Below, piece after piece: positions 1 to 10,400 of a DNA stretch of 33,146 bases. Below the pieces are notes generated by a model that ran no database searches, was not told the origin of the DNA, and saw only the letters and a list, made by a program, of their open reading frames with translations. Every line of letters starts with the position of its first letter. Positions within the stretch are counted from its first letter, which is position 1. The position numbers and the translations under genes are program-made. The stretch lies in sequence record SRR2962707_3789; one strand, written 5' to 3'.

Positions 1-538
1 CCAGATGCGCACCGTTTACGGCGATCATGAGCGCTTCATCCAGACTTATTTCTCCACCTATAAGGGCAAATATTTCACCGGCGATGGCTGCAAACGTGAC
101 GACGATGGCTACTATTGGATCACGGGCCGTGTTGATGATGTGATCAATATTTCTGGCCACCGGATGGGAACGGCTGAAGTTGAATCAGCGCTCGTTGCTC
201 ATGATGCCGTGTCAGAAGCCGCCGTTGTTGGCTACCCGCACGACATTAAGGGCCAAGGCATTTATTGCTATGTGACTTTGATGCACGGCGTAGAAGGTTC
301 TGACGATTTGCGCAAAGAACTTATTGCGCAGGTACGCAATGAAATCGGGCCGATTGCATCGCCCGATAAAATCCAGTTCTCACCGGGTTTGCCGAAAACA
401 CGTTCGGGCAAAATTATGCGCCGCATTTTGCGTAAAATTGCCGAAGATGATTTTGGCGCTTTGGGCGATACATCGACCTTGGCCGATCCGAGCGTCGTTG
501 ATGATCTGATTGAAAATCGCCAGAACAAAAAAGCTTAA
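1..538 (+). CDS. acs: Acetyl-CoA synthetase, C-terminal part (gene begins upstream of the window)
   Basis: Motifs [29 protein letters not shown] and [18 protein letters not shown], plus the GDTSTLADP tail, are typical of Acs. The frame is open from the window edge. Confidence 0.97.
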   Translation, partial: QMRTVYGDHERFIQTYFSTYKGKYFTGDGCKRDDDGYYWITGRVDDVINISGHRMGTAEVESALVAHDAVSEAAVVGYPHDIKGQGIYCYVTLMHGVEGSDDLRKELIAQVRNEIGPIASPDKIQFSPGLPKTRSGKIMRRILRKIAEDDFGALGDTSTLADPSVVDDLIENRQNKKA

Positions 539-560
539 GCTTTTTGGCACTGTTAAATTT

Positions 561-589
561 AAAGGCGCTGCAATTTTGCGGCGCCTTTT
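561..589. terminator. Probable bidirectional intrinsic terminator between convergent acs and DUF1674 genes
   Basis: AAAGGCGCTGCA-ATTT-TGCGGCGCCTTTT hairpin with A/T runs on both sides. Confidence 0.75.
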
Positions 590-596
590 GCATTTT

Positions 597-815
597 TTAA
601 AAATCGACAGCGACGCCTTTTACTTCCCAATCGCCATAACGGGCAGGGTCTTTTCCGCCGCGGCCGCCTAGCTCTTTGGCCGCTTTGCTTTCTGCAGCTT
701 CCAATTTTTCGCGCCGTTCTTTGGCTTCCATCAAGGCGCGCTGAGCCGCTGGCGGTAGGTCCTCGAAATTGCGTTTTGGCAATTCGGGCTCTGGGCTGTT
801 TTCTTTTTCCATCAT
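597..815 (-). CDS. DUF1674 / SdhAF4 (Sdh8)-like small protein
   Basis: C-terminal KELGGRGGKDPARYGDWEVKGVAVDF is the DUF1674 signature. Start moved from 887 to the ATG at 815 (or 812), which has GGTGGA upstream. Confidence 0.88.
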   Translation of the reverse strand: MMEKENSPEPELPKRNFEDLPPAAQRALMEAKERREKLEAAESKAAKELGGRGGKDPARYGDWEVKGVAVDF

Positions 816-931
816 TTGAATATATATCCACCGAATAGAGCAATGACGGCTGAGCGAAATCTGCATAACCGTTTTGTTGCTGTCCAAGTCACATTATATG
901 GCTATAGATCGTTTTTCGTCCAGACGGGCAA

Positions 932-2404
932 GTGGTTCCGTCGCTAAAGTTGAGGCATTCCTTGGTAGATAGACCCAGTTCAAAACGTAACGAAGTGCGC
1001 GCGCGCAACCGCGCTGACGTTCGTCCCAAGAGCAATTCGTCTGGTTCGCGCAATGACCGCGACGGCGAAGGGCCAAAGCCTGGGCTAGCGACACGCCGCA
1101 CGGCGCATAAATTGCTTGGTGCGATTATCGACACCAATACATCGCTTGATGCGCTCACAGATGAGCATCATGGTCATCCCCATTATTTGGCGCTGGATTC
1201 AAGAGACCGCGCTTTGCTGCGCGCTATTTTGATGGTTTCGCTGCGCTACCGCGCTGAATTAAGTGATGTGTTGACGAAATTTATTGATAAACCGCTGCCA
1301 TCAGGCGCGGCAGCGCTGCAAACGGTGCTGCATGTGGCTTTGGCGCAAATTTTGTTTTTGGATGTGCCTGATCACAGCGCCGTGGACTTGGCGGTGGAAT
1401 CAGCCAATCGCGATCCACGCCTAAAGCGTTTTGCCTCTTTGATTAATGCCGTTACGCGCCGCGCTGTGCGCCAGAAACAAGCATTGCTGGATGATATTGC
1501 CGAAGCAAGTCCTCGGTCTTCTGATTGGTTTACGGACCGATTGATTGAAATCTATGGCGCTGACAAAGCAGCGGCCATTGAAGCGGCGCACAGGCTTGAA
1601 GCACCGCTTGATTTTTCGGTTAAGAACCAAAACGAACTAGAAAAATGGGCTGGCGCAATCGAAGCGGAAATCCTGCCGATTGGCTCACTCCGTCGCGGTT
1701 CTGATGATGCGCAAGTTTCTATGCTTGCGGGTTTCGATGAGGGCGCATGGTGGGTTCAGGATGCTGCGGCGTCGATACCGGCCAAGTTATTTGGAAACTT
1801 AAAGGGTAAGTCTGCGCTTGATTTATGCGCGGCACCAGGCGGTAAAACCGCTCAGCTTGCCAGGATGGGCGCTAAAGTTACGGCGCTTGATATGTCGGCG
1901 AACAGGCTCAAGCGCTTGGATGAAAACCTCAAACGGCTCGGGCTTTCGGATAATGTTGAAACCGTGGCGATCAGTCTGTTTGACTATAAGCCGGATACAT
2001 TGTTTGACGCGGTGCTTTTGGATGCGCCGTGTTCGTCTACCGGCACTGTGCGCCGTCATCCCGATGTGCCTTGGACTAAAACATCTGATGATGTGATGAA
2101 GCTTGCTGAATTGCAGGCGCAGATGCTTGAACATGCAGCAGGTTTTGTAGCTAAGGATGGACTATTGGTATTTTCCAACTGTTCGCTTGATCCGATTGAG
2201 GGCGAAGATGTGGCGCGCGCCTTTGCGCAAAAACATCAAGATATGGAACTTATCGCTGTGACGGATGAACAATTGCCGGGCCTAGAAAACTGCATCACCG
2301 AAGAAGGTTTTGTGCGTACAACGCCTGCGGATCTGCCGTTTAGCTCGCCAGAGATGAGCGGTTTGGATGGATTTTTTGCTGCAGTTTTTAAGCGGACGAA
2401 ATAA
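932..2404 (+). CDS. rsmB: RsmB/NOP family (Sun/Fmu) SAM-dependent RNA m5C methyltransferase with NusB-like N-terminal domain
   Basis: WVQDAAA, DLCAAPGGKT, LDAPCSSTGTVRRHPD, FSNCS and DGFFAA motifs. The start codon is uncertain. Confidence 0.88.
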   Translation: MVPSLKLRHSLVDRPSSKRNEVRARNRADVRPKSNSSGSRNDRDGEGPKPGLATRRTAHKLLGAIIDTNTSLDALTDEHHGHPHYLALDSRDRALLRAILMVSLRYRAELSDVLTKFIDKPLPSGAAALQTVLHVALAQILFLDVPDHSAVDLAVESANRDPRLKRFASLINAVTRRAVRQKQALLDDIAEASPRSSDWFTDRLIEIYGADKAAAIEAAHRLEAPLDFSVKNQNELEKWAGAIEAEILPIGSLRRGSDDAQVSMLAGFDEGAWWVQDAAASIPAKLFGNLKGKSALDLCAAPGGKTAQLARMGAKVTALDMSANRLKRLDENLKRLGLSDNVETVAISLFDYKPDTLFDAVLLDAPCSSTGTVRRHPDVPWTKTSDDVMKLAELQAQMLEHAAGFVAKDGLLVFSNCSLDPIEGEDVARAFAQKHQDMELIAVTDEQLPGLENCITEEGFVRTTPADLPFSSPEMSGLDGFFAAVFKRTK

Positions 2405-2485
2405 TCCACCGGTATTTTATTAAAATTATTTCTATTTTGTATTGTGTTTCCATTGGGTTATGATGTTTTTGGCGGCGCGGGATCA

Positions 2486-4204
2486 ATGGAGCGCTTTTTG
2501 GGATTTTTGACCAACCTTAGGAAGCCAAATTATTTGGCAGTTGGTGTCGCTCTTTTTTGGGAGCGCCTGAACCAACGACTACAGCATGGCCCGCTTTGGC
2601 AGTGGCGTTTTGTTGGAAGGTCTCCTGATGCCTTTTTATATTCACCTTCCAGCTTGCGCCCGACCGATGCTTTGGTTGCGCGCGACATTTATCAAGGCCG
2701 CTATATCTTTTCTGGCCGTGCGGTGGATGCAGGCAGTGAAAATGTGTTTCTTGTTAATCCGCCAACGCCTGCATGGGAAAATGATCTCAATAGTTTTTCA
2801 TGGCTTCGCCATCTTGAAGCGGCGGGGACGGAACTTGCCGCAGAAAATGGGCGTGCCTTGGTGCGCGATTGGATTGATGTCTATAATCGCAGGCTCGATA
2901 CATCAGCCTACGAGCCTTCTGTTTGCAGCTCCCGCATTATCTCTTGGATTCAGCACGCACGTTTTATTTTAGAAACCAGTGATCTTGATTTCTATCGTCG
3001 CTTTATGGCGTCGCTTGCAAAGCAAATTCGATATTTGCGGGCGATATCGCGCGGCCATGTGGAAGATATTGATTTACTGCGGATGCAAATTGCGCTCGCC
3101 TATGCCGCGCTTGCTCTGCCTTCAAGTGATCGCCATGAACGCTATGCGGCGAGAAATTTAGAAATTCAGCTGCGGCGGCAAATTCTGGCTGATGGCGGGC
3201 ATATCAGCCGTAACCCGAACTTGTTGCCGGGCCTAATTGCTGATCTTTTGCCGCTGTCGCAGGTCTATATTGCCGCATCAAAACCGGTGCCCACTGAAAT
3301 TGTTCGCGCGTTGGACCGCATGTTTCCGATGCTTCGCTTTTTCCGGCACACGGAAGGGAGCATCGCGCTGTTTCATGGCGCCAGTGTTGGACATGGGGAT
3401 TTGGCTGCGGCGATCATGCCGCATGATCACACCAACGGCCAACCTAATAATCACGCCGAGCAAAGCGGTTACCATCGGTTTTCGGTGGCTAAATGTGTCG
3501 CTATCATGGACACAGGCAAGCCGATATTTGGCGTTAATGGCGCGAATAATCATGCGAGCGCTTTGTCTTTCGAGTTTTCATCGGGCCGAAATCGTCTTGT
3601 TGTGAATGCAGGCGTTGATCGGTTTGATCGCAATCTGTACGGCGCACCGGCGCGCGCAACGGCGGCGCATTCAACGCTTATTGTTGACGACCATTCTTCG
3701 GCAAGGTTTCATAGCTTTAAAATTGGCAGCAAGGAACATGTGCGGCTGCTTCAGGGGCCGATGCATGTCGAGAGCCAGCCTTGGGAAACTGCCGTCGGAA
3801 ATGGCGTGAGTGTGCGCCATGATGGTTATGCGCAAAGCCATGATGTATGGCATGAGCGCGGTCTTTTGCTTTCTGATAGCGGGCTAACGCTGCAGGGCTA
3901 CGACCGCTTAACGCCCGATAGCACGCATGCGGCGAAAGCACTTCATGCCGATATTCGTTTTCACTTGCACCCAAGTGTCATTGTAAACACGGTTGAGAAC
4001 AGCGATGTGTTGGAGCTTGTTTGTGACAATGGCGATATTTGGCGGTTCTCCGCGATTGGCGCAACGCCGACTGTCGAGGGCAGTATTTTTCTCGCTGGTG
4101 TGGCTGGCCCTGTCTACAATAAGCAGATCGTTTTGGCGGTGCATTATCCCAATGTCGATTCAGTGCAGTGGCGTTTTGATCGCGCTGACACGGCGAGTTA
4201 TTAG
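2486..4204 (+). CDS. Heparinase II/III family protein (alginate-lyase-like fold, function unknown)
   Basis: QILADGGHISRNP, HASALSFEFSSG, ARATAAHSTL, HDGY and IRFHLHP motifs. Typical position between rsmB and purH. ATG at 2486 is preferred over GTG at 2444. Confidence 0.8.
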   Translation: MERFLGFLTNLRKPNYLAVGVALFWERLNQRLQHGPLWQWRFVGRSPDAFLYSPSSLRPTDALVARDIYQGRYIFSGRAVDAGSENVFLVNPPTPAWENDLNSFSWLRHLEAAGTELAAENGRALVRDWIDVYNRRLDTSAYEPSVCSSRIISWIQHARFILETSDLDFYRRFMASLAKQIRYLRAISRGHVEDIDLLRMQIALAYAALALPSSDRHERYAARNLEIQLRRQILADGGHISRNPNLLPGLIADLLPLSQVYIAASKPVPTEIVRALDRMFPMLRFFRHTEGSIALFHGASVGHGDLAAAIMPHDHTNGQPNNHAEQSGYHRFSVAKCVAIMDTGKPIFGVNGANNHASALSFEFSSGRNRLVVNAGVDRFDRNLYGAPARATAAHSTLIVDDHSSARFHSFKIGSKEHVRLLQGPMHVESQPWETAVGNGVSVRHDGYAQSHDVWHERGLLLSDSGLTLQGYDRLTPDSTHAAKALHADIRFHLHPSVIVNTVENSDVLELVCDNGDIWRFSAIGATPTVEGSIFLAGVAGPVYNKQIVLAVHYPNVDSVQWRFDRADTASY

Positions 4205-4263
4205 TTTTTGCGCTCGTTTTTCAGCAATAAGCTGTGTCTTTTAAACTCTTGATGTCTTGGCTA

Positions 4264-4292
4264 TTGGGATTTTGGGCTTGTGGTGTTAAAGC
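4264..4292 (+). promoter_or_regulatory. Candidate sigma70 promoter for purH
   Basis: TTGGGA-17 nt-TAAAGC with TGT immediately before the -10. Pattern match only. Confidence 0.35.
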
Positions 4293-4340
4293 CGCTGCAA
4301 TTCCTCCCAATCTCTTTAATGCGACATAGCGAGTAAAAAA

Positions 4341-5957
4341 ATGGCGATCGCTTCTAAAAAAATTACACCACCGGATATGGTGGCTGTAAAACGTGCACTG
4401 CTTTCTGTTTCTGATAAAACTGGTCTGATTGATCTTGCCCGCGCTTTGAGCGCCCGCGGCATCGAACTGGTTTCCACCGGCGGAACGCGCAAATCTATCG
4501 CGGATGCTGGCTTGCCGGTGATGGATATCAGCGAAGTGACCAATTTTCCGGAAATTATGGATGGCCGCGTTAAGACCCTTCATCCGTCTGTTCATGGTGG
4601 ATTGCTCGCTGTGCGCAACGACCCTGAGCATGTTGAAGCGATGGAAGCCCACGGTATTGTCGGCATCGATCTGGTCGTCGTGAACCTTTACCCGTTTGAA
4701 GAAGTAGTCTCACGCGGTGAAGATGAGGCAACGACAATTGAGAATATCGATATTGGCGGTCCAGCCATGGTGCGCGCGTCAGCTAAAAACCACGGCCATG
4801 TGGCTATTGTGACCGACCCTGCAGATTATGATGAGGTGCTCGCAGCGCTTGAAACTCATGATGGTTTAACGCCGCTTTCATTGCGCAAGCAATTGGCGCT
4901 GCGCGCCTTCCGCCGCACGGCAAGCTATGATGCGATGATCTCCAACTGGATGGCCGATGCGTTGGGCGATGATGGTTTTGGCCGTCATGATGCTATCGGT
5001 GGTACGTTGGCGCTTTCTATGCGCTATGGCGAAAACCCGCATCAAAATGCTTCTCTGTATTTGACTGGCGACAAACGCCCAGGCGCAGCGACCGCGCATC
5101 TCGTTCAGGGCAAGGCGCTTTCTTATAACAATATCAACGACACGGATGCGGCGTTTGAATTGGTCAGCGAATTTACGACTGACAAGCCAGCCGTTGCGAT
5201 CATCAAACATGCTAATCCATGCGGTGTGGCAACAGGCGCAACGCTGAAAGAAGCTTATGCGCGCGCATTTGATTGTGACCGCACCTCAGCCTTTGGCGGC
5301 ATTGTTGCTGTAAACCAACCGCTCGACGCAGAAGCCGCAGAAGCGATTTTGGGCGTGTTTACTGAAGTGGTGATTGCGCCTTCAATTTCTGATGAAGCTA
5401 AGGCTCTATTTGAAGCTAAAAAGAACATTCGTTTGCTTGAGACAGGCGCAATGGCTGATCCGCGCACCGCAGGTTACACCATTCGCACGATTGCCGGCGG
5501 CTATCTAAAACAGAATCGCGATAACGCAATTGTGGATGATATGGATTTGCGCTGCGTGACAAAACGCGAGCCAACACCCGAAGAAATGGCTGATTTGATT
5601 TTCGCGTTCCGCGTTGCGAAACACGTTAAATCAAACGCGATCATCTATGCGCGCAATGGCGCGACTGTTGGTATCGGCGCTGGCCAAATGAGCCGTGTTG
5701 ACTCAAGCCGCATTGCCGCTCGTAAAGCCATTGATGCTGCCGAAGCGATGGGTCTTGCTGAACCTTTAACAATTGGCTCTGCTGTTGCTTCTGATGCGTT
5801 CTTCCCGTTTGCAGATGGCTTGCTTGCTGCTGCTTCTGCAGGTGCGACATGCGTTATTCAGCCAGGTGGCTCAATGCGCGATGACGAAGTGATCGCCGCA
5901 GCAGACGAAAATAACATTGCGATGGTGCTGACTGGCAATCGCCATTTCCGCCACTAA
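4341..5957 (+). CDS. purH: Bifunctional AICAR transformylase / IMP cyclohydrolase
   Basis: [47 protein letters not shown] and C-terminal RHFRH. Confidence 0.99.
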   Translation: MAIASKKITPPDMVAVKRALLSVSDKTGLIDLARALSARGIELVSTGGTRKSIADAGLPVMDISEVTNFPEIMDGRVKTLHPSVHGGLLAVRNDPEHVEAMEAHGIVGIDLVVVNLYPFEEVVSRGEDEATTIENIDIGGPAMVRASAKNHGHVAIVTDPADYDEVLAALETHDGLTPLSLRKQLALRAFRRTASYDAMISNWMADALGDDGFGRHDAIGGTLALSMRYGENPHQNASLYLTGDKRPGAATAHLVQGKALSYNNINDTDAAFELVSEFTTDKPAVAIIKHANPCGVATGATLKEAYARAFDCDRTSAFGGIVAVNQPLDAEAAEAILGVFTEVVIAPSISDEAKALFEAKKNIRLLETGAMADPRTAGYTIRTIAGGYLKQNRDNAIVDDMDLRCVTKREPTPEEMADLIFAFRVAKHVKSNAIIYARNGATVGIGAGQMSRVDSSRIAARKAIDAAEAMGLAEPLTIGSAVASDAFFPFADGLLAAASAGATCVIQPGGSMRDDEVIAAADENNIAMVLTGNRHFRH

Positions 5958-5960
5958 TGC

Positions 5961-5996
5961 AAAAATATAGGAAGCGCTTAATGCGCTTCCTATTTT
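5961..5996. terminator. Probable bidirectional terminator between purH and the MFS gene
   Basis: ATAGGAAGCGC-TTAAT-GCGCTTCCTAT 11-bp stem flanked by A and T runs. The right arm contains the MFS stop codon. Confidence 0.75.
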
Positions 5997-7405
5997 GGCA
6001 ATCTCTTGCCAACAAAAACCGGCTCTTTGGCCGGATAAGGCGCGGTCGCTAAAATCAAAGACCCGCCGACGAGGAAGAACATAATCATTCCCATGCCGAG
6101 GCGCGCAGAACCGGTCATGTCTGTCACGATGGCCACAGACAAAGGCGCAGCGAAACTCGTTGCACGTCCTGCCAAAGCATAAATGCCGAAATAGCGCCCT
6201 GATTCTTCTGGCTCCACGGAACGCGCCATGAATGAGCGCGATGAGGCCTGTACAGGGCCGAATGCCGCGCCGATCAAGAACCCAAAGAGAATGTAGGCCT
6301 TTTCAGCAGCGGTTGAGAACAAGCCGTCTGCGCCATCGGGTGCAAATTGAATTGCGCCAAAGAGCGTAAAGCCCGGACCCGTGGAAATGATGCCAATGGT
6401 TGCGACGATCAACATAATCACGGATGATTGCACGATGATTTTTGAGCCAAATTTTGCATCTAGACGTCCGGCATAGATACAGCTTGGTATCGCTACGATG
6501 TTCAGCAAAATGCCAAAAATGCCGATCTCAGTGATTGACCAGTTAAACATGGCAGCAGCAAAAGCGCCGCCCAAAGCGAGCAGGGCATTGACGCCGTCTT
6601 GATAGATCATACGCGCGATAAGAAAGCGCATCAGTCCAGCGCGGTTTCTAACTTCGGTGAGTGTTTGTTTGAGTTCAGCCAAGCCTAAATGGATGGATTT
6701 ACTGATACCGGGCGCGTTCTTTTTCTTAGAATCGGGCGTGAAGAAAAACATCGGCAGAATGAAGATGAAATACCAGACCGCCGAGATGGGGCCGGTTGCG
6801 CGGGCATCCTCGCCTTGGCTCGGATCAATGCCGAAAATAGGATCAATACCGATTAGCGTTTTGCCGGTTTGGCTATCGCCTGCGAGCAGTAAAAGCACCA
6901 AAATGAGCACGATGATACCACCGGCATAGCCAAGGCCCCATGCGGTGTTTGAGACGCGGCCAATATCCTTTTCAGGGATGAGACGCGGCATCATAGAATC
7001 GTTAAATACGGTGGAAAATTCAGCCGCAACAGAGGCCAAGGTGAAAGCTGCAACGACCCAGAATAGGTTTGAGCCGGGGGCTGCCCACCACAATGTCATA
7101 AGCATGGTAATCTTGATGACAGCGAAAAACGCAATCCATGGTTTTCGCGCGCCGCTCTGGTCTGCGATTGAGCCGAGAACGGGTGAAAGAATAGCGATGA
7201 TAAAGCCGCCTGCAGCAAGGCCGTAGCCCCAAGCAGCCTGACCTGACGCCGGATTATCAGCTAAGCGCGACACAAAATAGGGTCCGAAAATGAATGTCGT
7301 GACGACAGTAAAAAACGGCTGTGCGGCCCAGTCAAAAAACATCCATCCCCATATGCCTTTTTTCGAGACCGGCGTATGGGCCACTTCCAAGCGTTCAGTT
7401 TCCAA
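5990..7405 (-). CDS. MFS transporter, UMF1/Atg22-like family
   Basis: About 12 hydrophobic segments with motifs GWMFFDWA, SPVLGSIAD, WGLGYAGG and GPVQASSRS. Start reassigned to the TTG at 7405, 8 nt after AGGAGG (7419-7414). Confidence 0.88.
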   Translation of the reverse strand: METERLEVAHTPVSKKGIWGWMFFDWAAQPFFTVVTTFIFGPYFVSRLADNPASGQAAWGYGLAAGGFIIAILSPVLGSIADQSGARKPWIAFFAVIKITMLMTLWWAAPGSNLFWVVAAFTLASVAAEFSTVFNDSMMPRLIPEKDIGRVSNTAWGLGYAGGIIVLILVLLLLAGDSQTGKTLIGIDPIFGIDPSQGEDARATGPISAVWYFIFILPMFFFTPDSKKKNAPGISKSIHLGLAELKQTLTEVRNRAGLMRFLIARMIYQDGVNALLALGGAFAAAMFNWSITEIGIFGILLNIVAIPSCIYAGRLDAKFGSKIIVQSSVIMLIVATIGIISTGPGFTLFGAIQFAPDGADGLFSTAAEKAYILFGFLIGAAFGPVQASSRSFMARSVEPEESGRYFGIYALAGRATSFAAPLSVAIVTDMTGSARLGMGMIMFFLVGGSLILATAPYPAKEPVFVGKRLPK

Positions 7406-7432
7406 ATTTATGCCCTCCTGAGGCAATGGGCG

Positions 7433-10400
7433 TTAGTTCACCAAATCGGTTAGCAATCCGGCAGCCACGGTAAGGCGAGAAACTGTTAGATCAACTTGCC
7501 CTGTTAGCTCGGTAATGCGGTCTTGAACGCGGCGAATACGCACGACATTGGCCATTGTCCATTTTTCAACGGCTTCAGCTGGTGCCAAGTCCGTTCCTTG
7601 CAATGTGGTAATCGTAATTGCGTTGCGTGCTGAATGGATGATGTCCAAAGCACGTTGCTGGGCAAGGCCATCAAAGTAATCATCGACATCCAATTGGCGG
7701 GCGAGATGTTCTAGGCGGCCAATTTTAAATTCATTGGTCACACAGAAGAACGCAGTTGCTGCTTCCAGTACATCGCGGTTGGTTTTATCGGCCACGGACG
7801 CGATATCAGGTAAAATCGCCATGATTGGCAGCAGTGCTAGGCGTTTGGCAACCGCATCGGTCAATCCAATTGATTTGAAATCAGAATGGCGTTCACGCAC
7901 CCACTCTTGCAAATATTGCGGCAATATCGATGTGATTTTTGGTTCCAAAGCACCGCGAACCGCAGCAAGCCGCGCTACCTCATCGGCGATTGGTAATTCT
8001 GCGGTGACATTTTTAAGATAGCCGCCAACAGCAACGCGCTGTGCATCGGCCAAATCCTTATAAACATCGAGCTGCTTCTCACCATTTATTTTGTTGTCGA
8101 GTGCGTCGATTGCCTCATGCAGCGTGTTGATGTCGAAGACATCGCGTGTGACGACATGCGCGCGAACAATGGCTGATGGCAGGCGTCCGGTAGCATCTTC
8201 AAAACGGCTGATGACCGAAGGCCCGCCTTTGTTAACGGCCTCGTTGGCAAGGCGGGTCGCGATGATCTCACGGCGCAAGCGATGGTTTCGAATATTGTCA
8301 GGGAAATCCTTTTGCATACGCGGCGGGAAATAGCCCATCAAATCTGCTTCAAGATATGGATCGTCTGGCAGATTTGAACGAACAAGATCATCGAGAAGCA
8401 CGATCTTTGCATAGGACAAGAGAACGCCAATTTCTGAACGGGTAAGGCCCTGATCGTTTTTGGCTCGTTCTGCGATGACTTCTGCACTTGGCAAATCTTC
8501 AACTTCACGATCAAGCAAGCCGCGATCTTCAAGCGATTCCATCAAGCGAACCTGCAAGGCTAGATTGGCCGATCCGCGCTGTTCAACGCGGCTGATGGTG
8601 AGCGATTGCTCATAGTTGTTTTCAAGCACGAGATGGGCAACATCATCTGTCATTGATTCAAGCAGGATGTTGCGTTTCTCACGTGGCAAAGTGCCATCGC
8701 GCATAGAAGGCGCGAGCGCGATCTTGATATTCACTTCAACGTCGGATGAGTTCACACCGGCGGAGTTGTCGATGGCATCAGAGTTACAGCGTCCGCCGCG
8801 CAGACCAAATTCAATACGGGCAGGCTGGGTTACGCCCAAATTAGCGCCTTCGCCAAGAATTTTAACGCGCAAATCTTTGGCTGTGATGCGGATTGCATCA
8901 TTGGCTTTATCGCCCACATCAGCGTTGTTTTCATTTGATGCGCGGATATAGGTGCCGATTCCGCCGAACCACATGAGTTCAACTTCTGCTTTTAGGATGG
9001 CTGTTAGAATTTCCGTCGGTGATGCTTTTACCTTGTCGAGGCCGATAGCATCAGCTGCGGCCTTTGTCAGCGTGATCAGCTTTTGATTGCGCGAGAATAT
9101 GCCGCCGCCTTTCGACAGTTTCTTCTTGTCATAATCTTGCCAGCTTGAACGGTCCATTTCAAACAGACGCTTGCGCTCGGCAAAGCTGGATGCTGGATCA
9201 GGATCTGGATCAATAAAGATGTCGCGGTGGTCAAAGGCTGCAATCAGCTTGGTTTGCTTAGACAGCAACATGCCATTGCCGAAAACGTCGCCGGACATAT
9301 CGCCGACACCGACAACAGTGAAAGGCTGGGTTTGAATGTCTTTGTCCATTTCGCGGAAATGGCGTTTTACGCATTCCCAAGCGCCGCGCGCAGTAATGCC
9401 CATTTTCTTATGGTCATAGCCCGCTGAACCGCCCGATGCGAATGCATCATCAAGCCAGAAATCATGTGCCTGTGAAATGCCGTTGGCGGTGTCTGAGAAT
9501 GTCGCTGTGCCTTTGTCGGCGGCAACAACCAAATAGGGGTCATCACCGTCATGGCGCACGGTACGCGCTGGCGGAATAATGTCGTTGCCGACGATGTTGT
9601 CGGTGATTGAAAGCAATGCGGAAACAAAGGTTACATAGGCAGAGCGGCCAGCCATGAAAATTTCATCGCGGGTTCCGCCTTTTGGCAAGCGCATTGGAAA
9701 GAATGCACCTTTTGAACCGACAGGAACGATAACGGCGTTTTTAACTTGCTGGGCTTTTACAAGGCCAAGCACCTCAGTTCTGTAGTCTTCTGAGCGGTCT
9801 GACCAACGCAGGCCACCACGCGCAATCGGGCCAAAGCGCAGGTGCAAGCCTTCTACATCCGGTGCAAAAACGTAAATCTCGCGGTATGGTTTTGGTGCTG
9901 GTATTCCTTCAATTTTATGCGGATCAAACTTGAAGGTGAGCGCTGTGCGCGGTGTGCCATCTTCTTCAACTTGATAATAGCCGGTGCGCAATGTTGATTG
10001 GATGAGATTTAAGAACCGGCGGATCACGCGGTCTTCATCAATGCTTGGCACATCTGCCAAGCTGTCAGCGATGGCCGCAGCAATGTGTTTTTCTGTAACC
10101 GCGGTATCTTCTTCTGGATCCGCCGCTCGGGCTGGATTTAGCCTTGCGTCAAACAAATCAAATAATTGCCGCGCGATATGGCTATGTTTAATCAGCGTTG
10201 TGGCCATATAGGCTTGGCCATAGGCAATGCCAGTTTGTTTTAAATAGCGACCATAGGCTCGTAAAACCTTGGCTTGGTGCACATCTAAACCGGTAGAAAG
10301 AATGAGCCCGTTATAGGCATCATTTTCATTGTCGCCGGCCCAAACGGATAAAAAGCCTTGCTCGTATAGTTCACGCTCAACGCCCATCGGCACATTTTTG

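Noticed and set aside
4205..4340. ZMP/ZTP (pfl) riboswitch upstream of purH
   Set aside because: No recognisable aptamer core is present, and the candidate promoter leaves only about 40 nt of leader.
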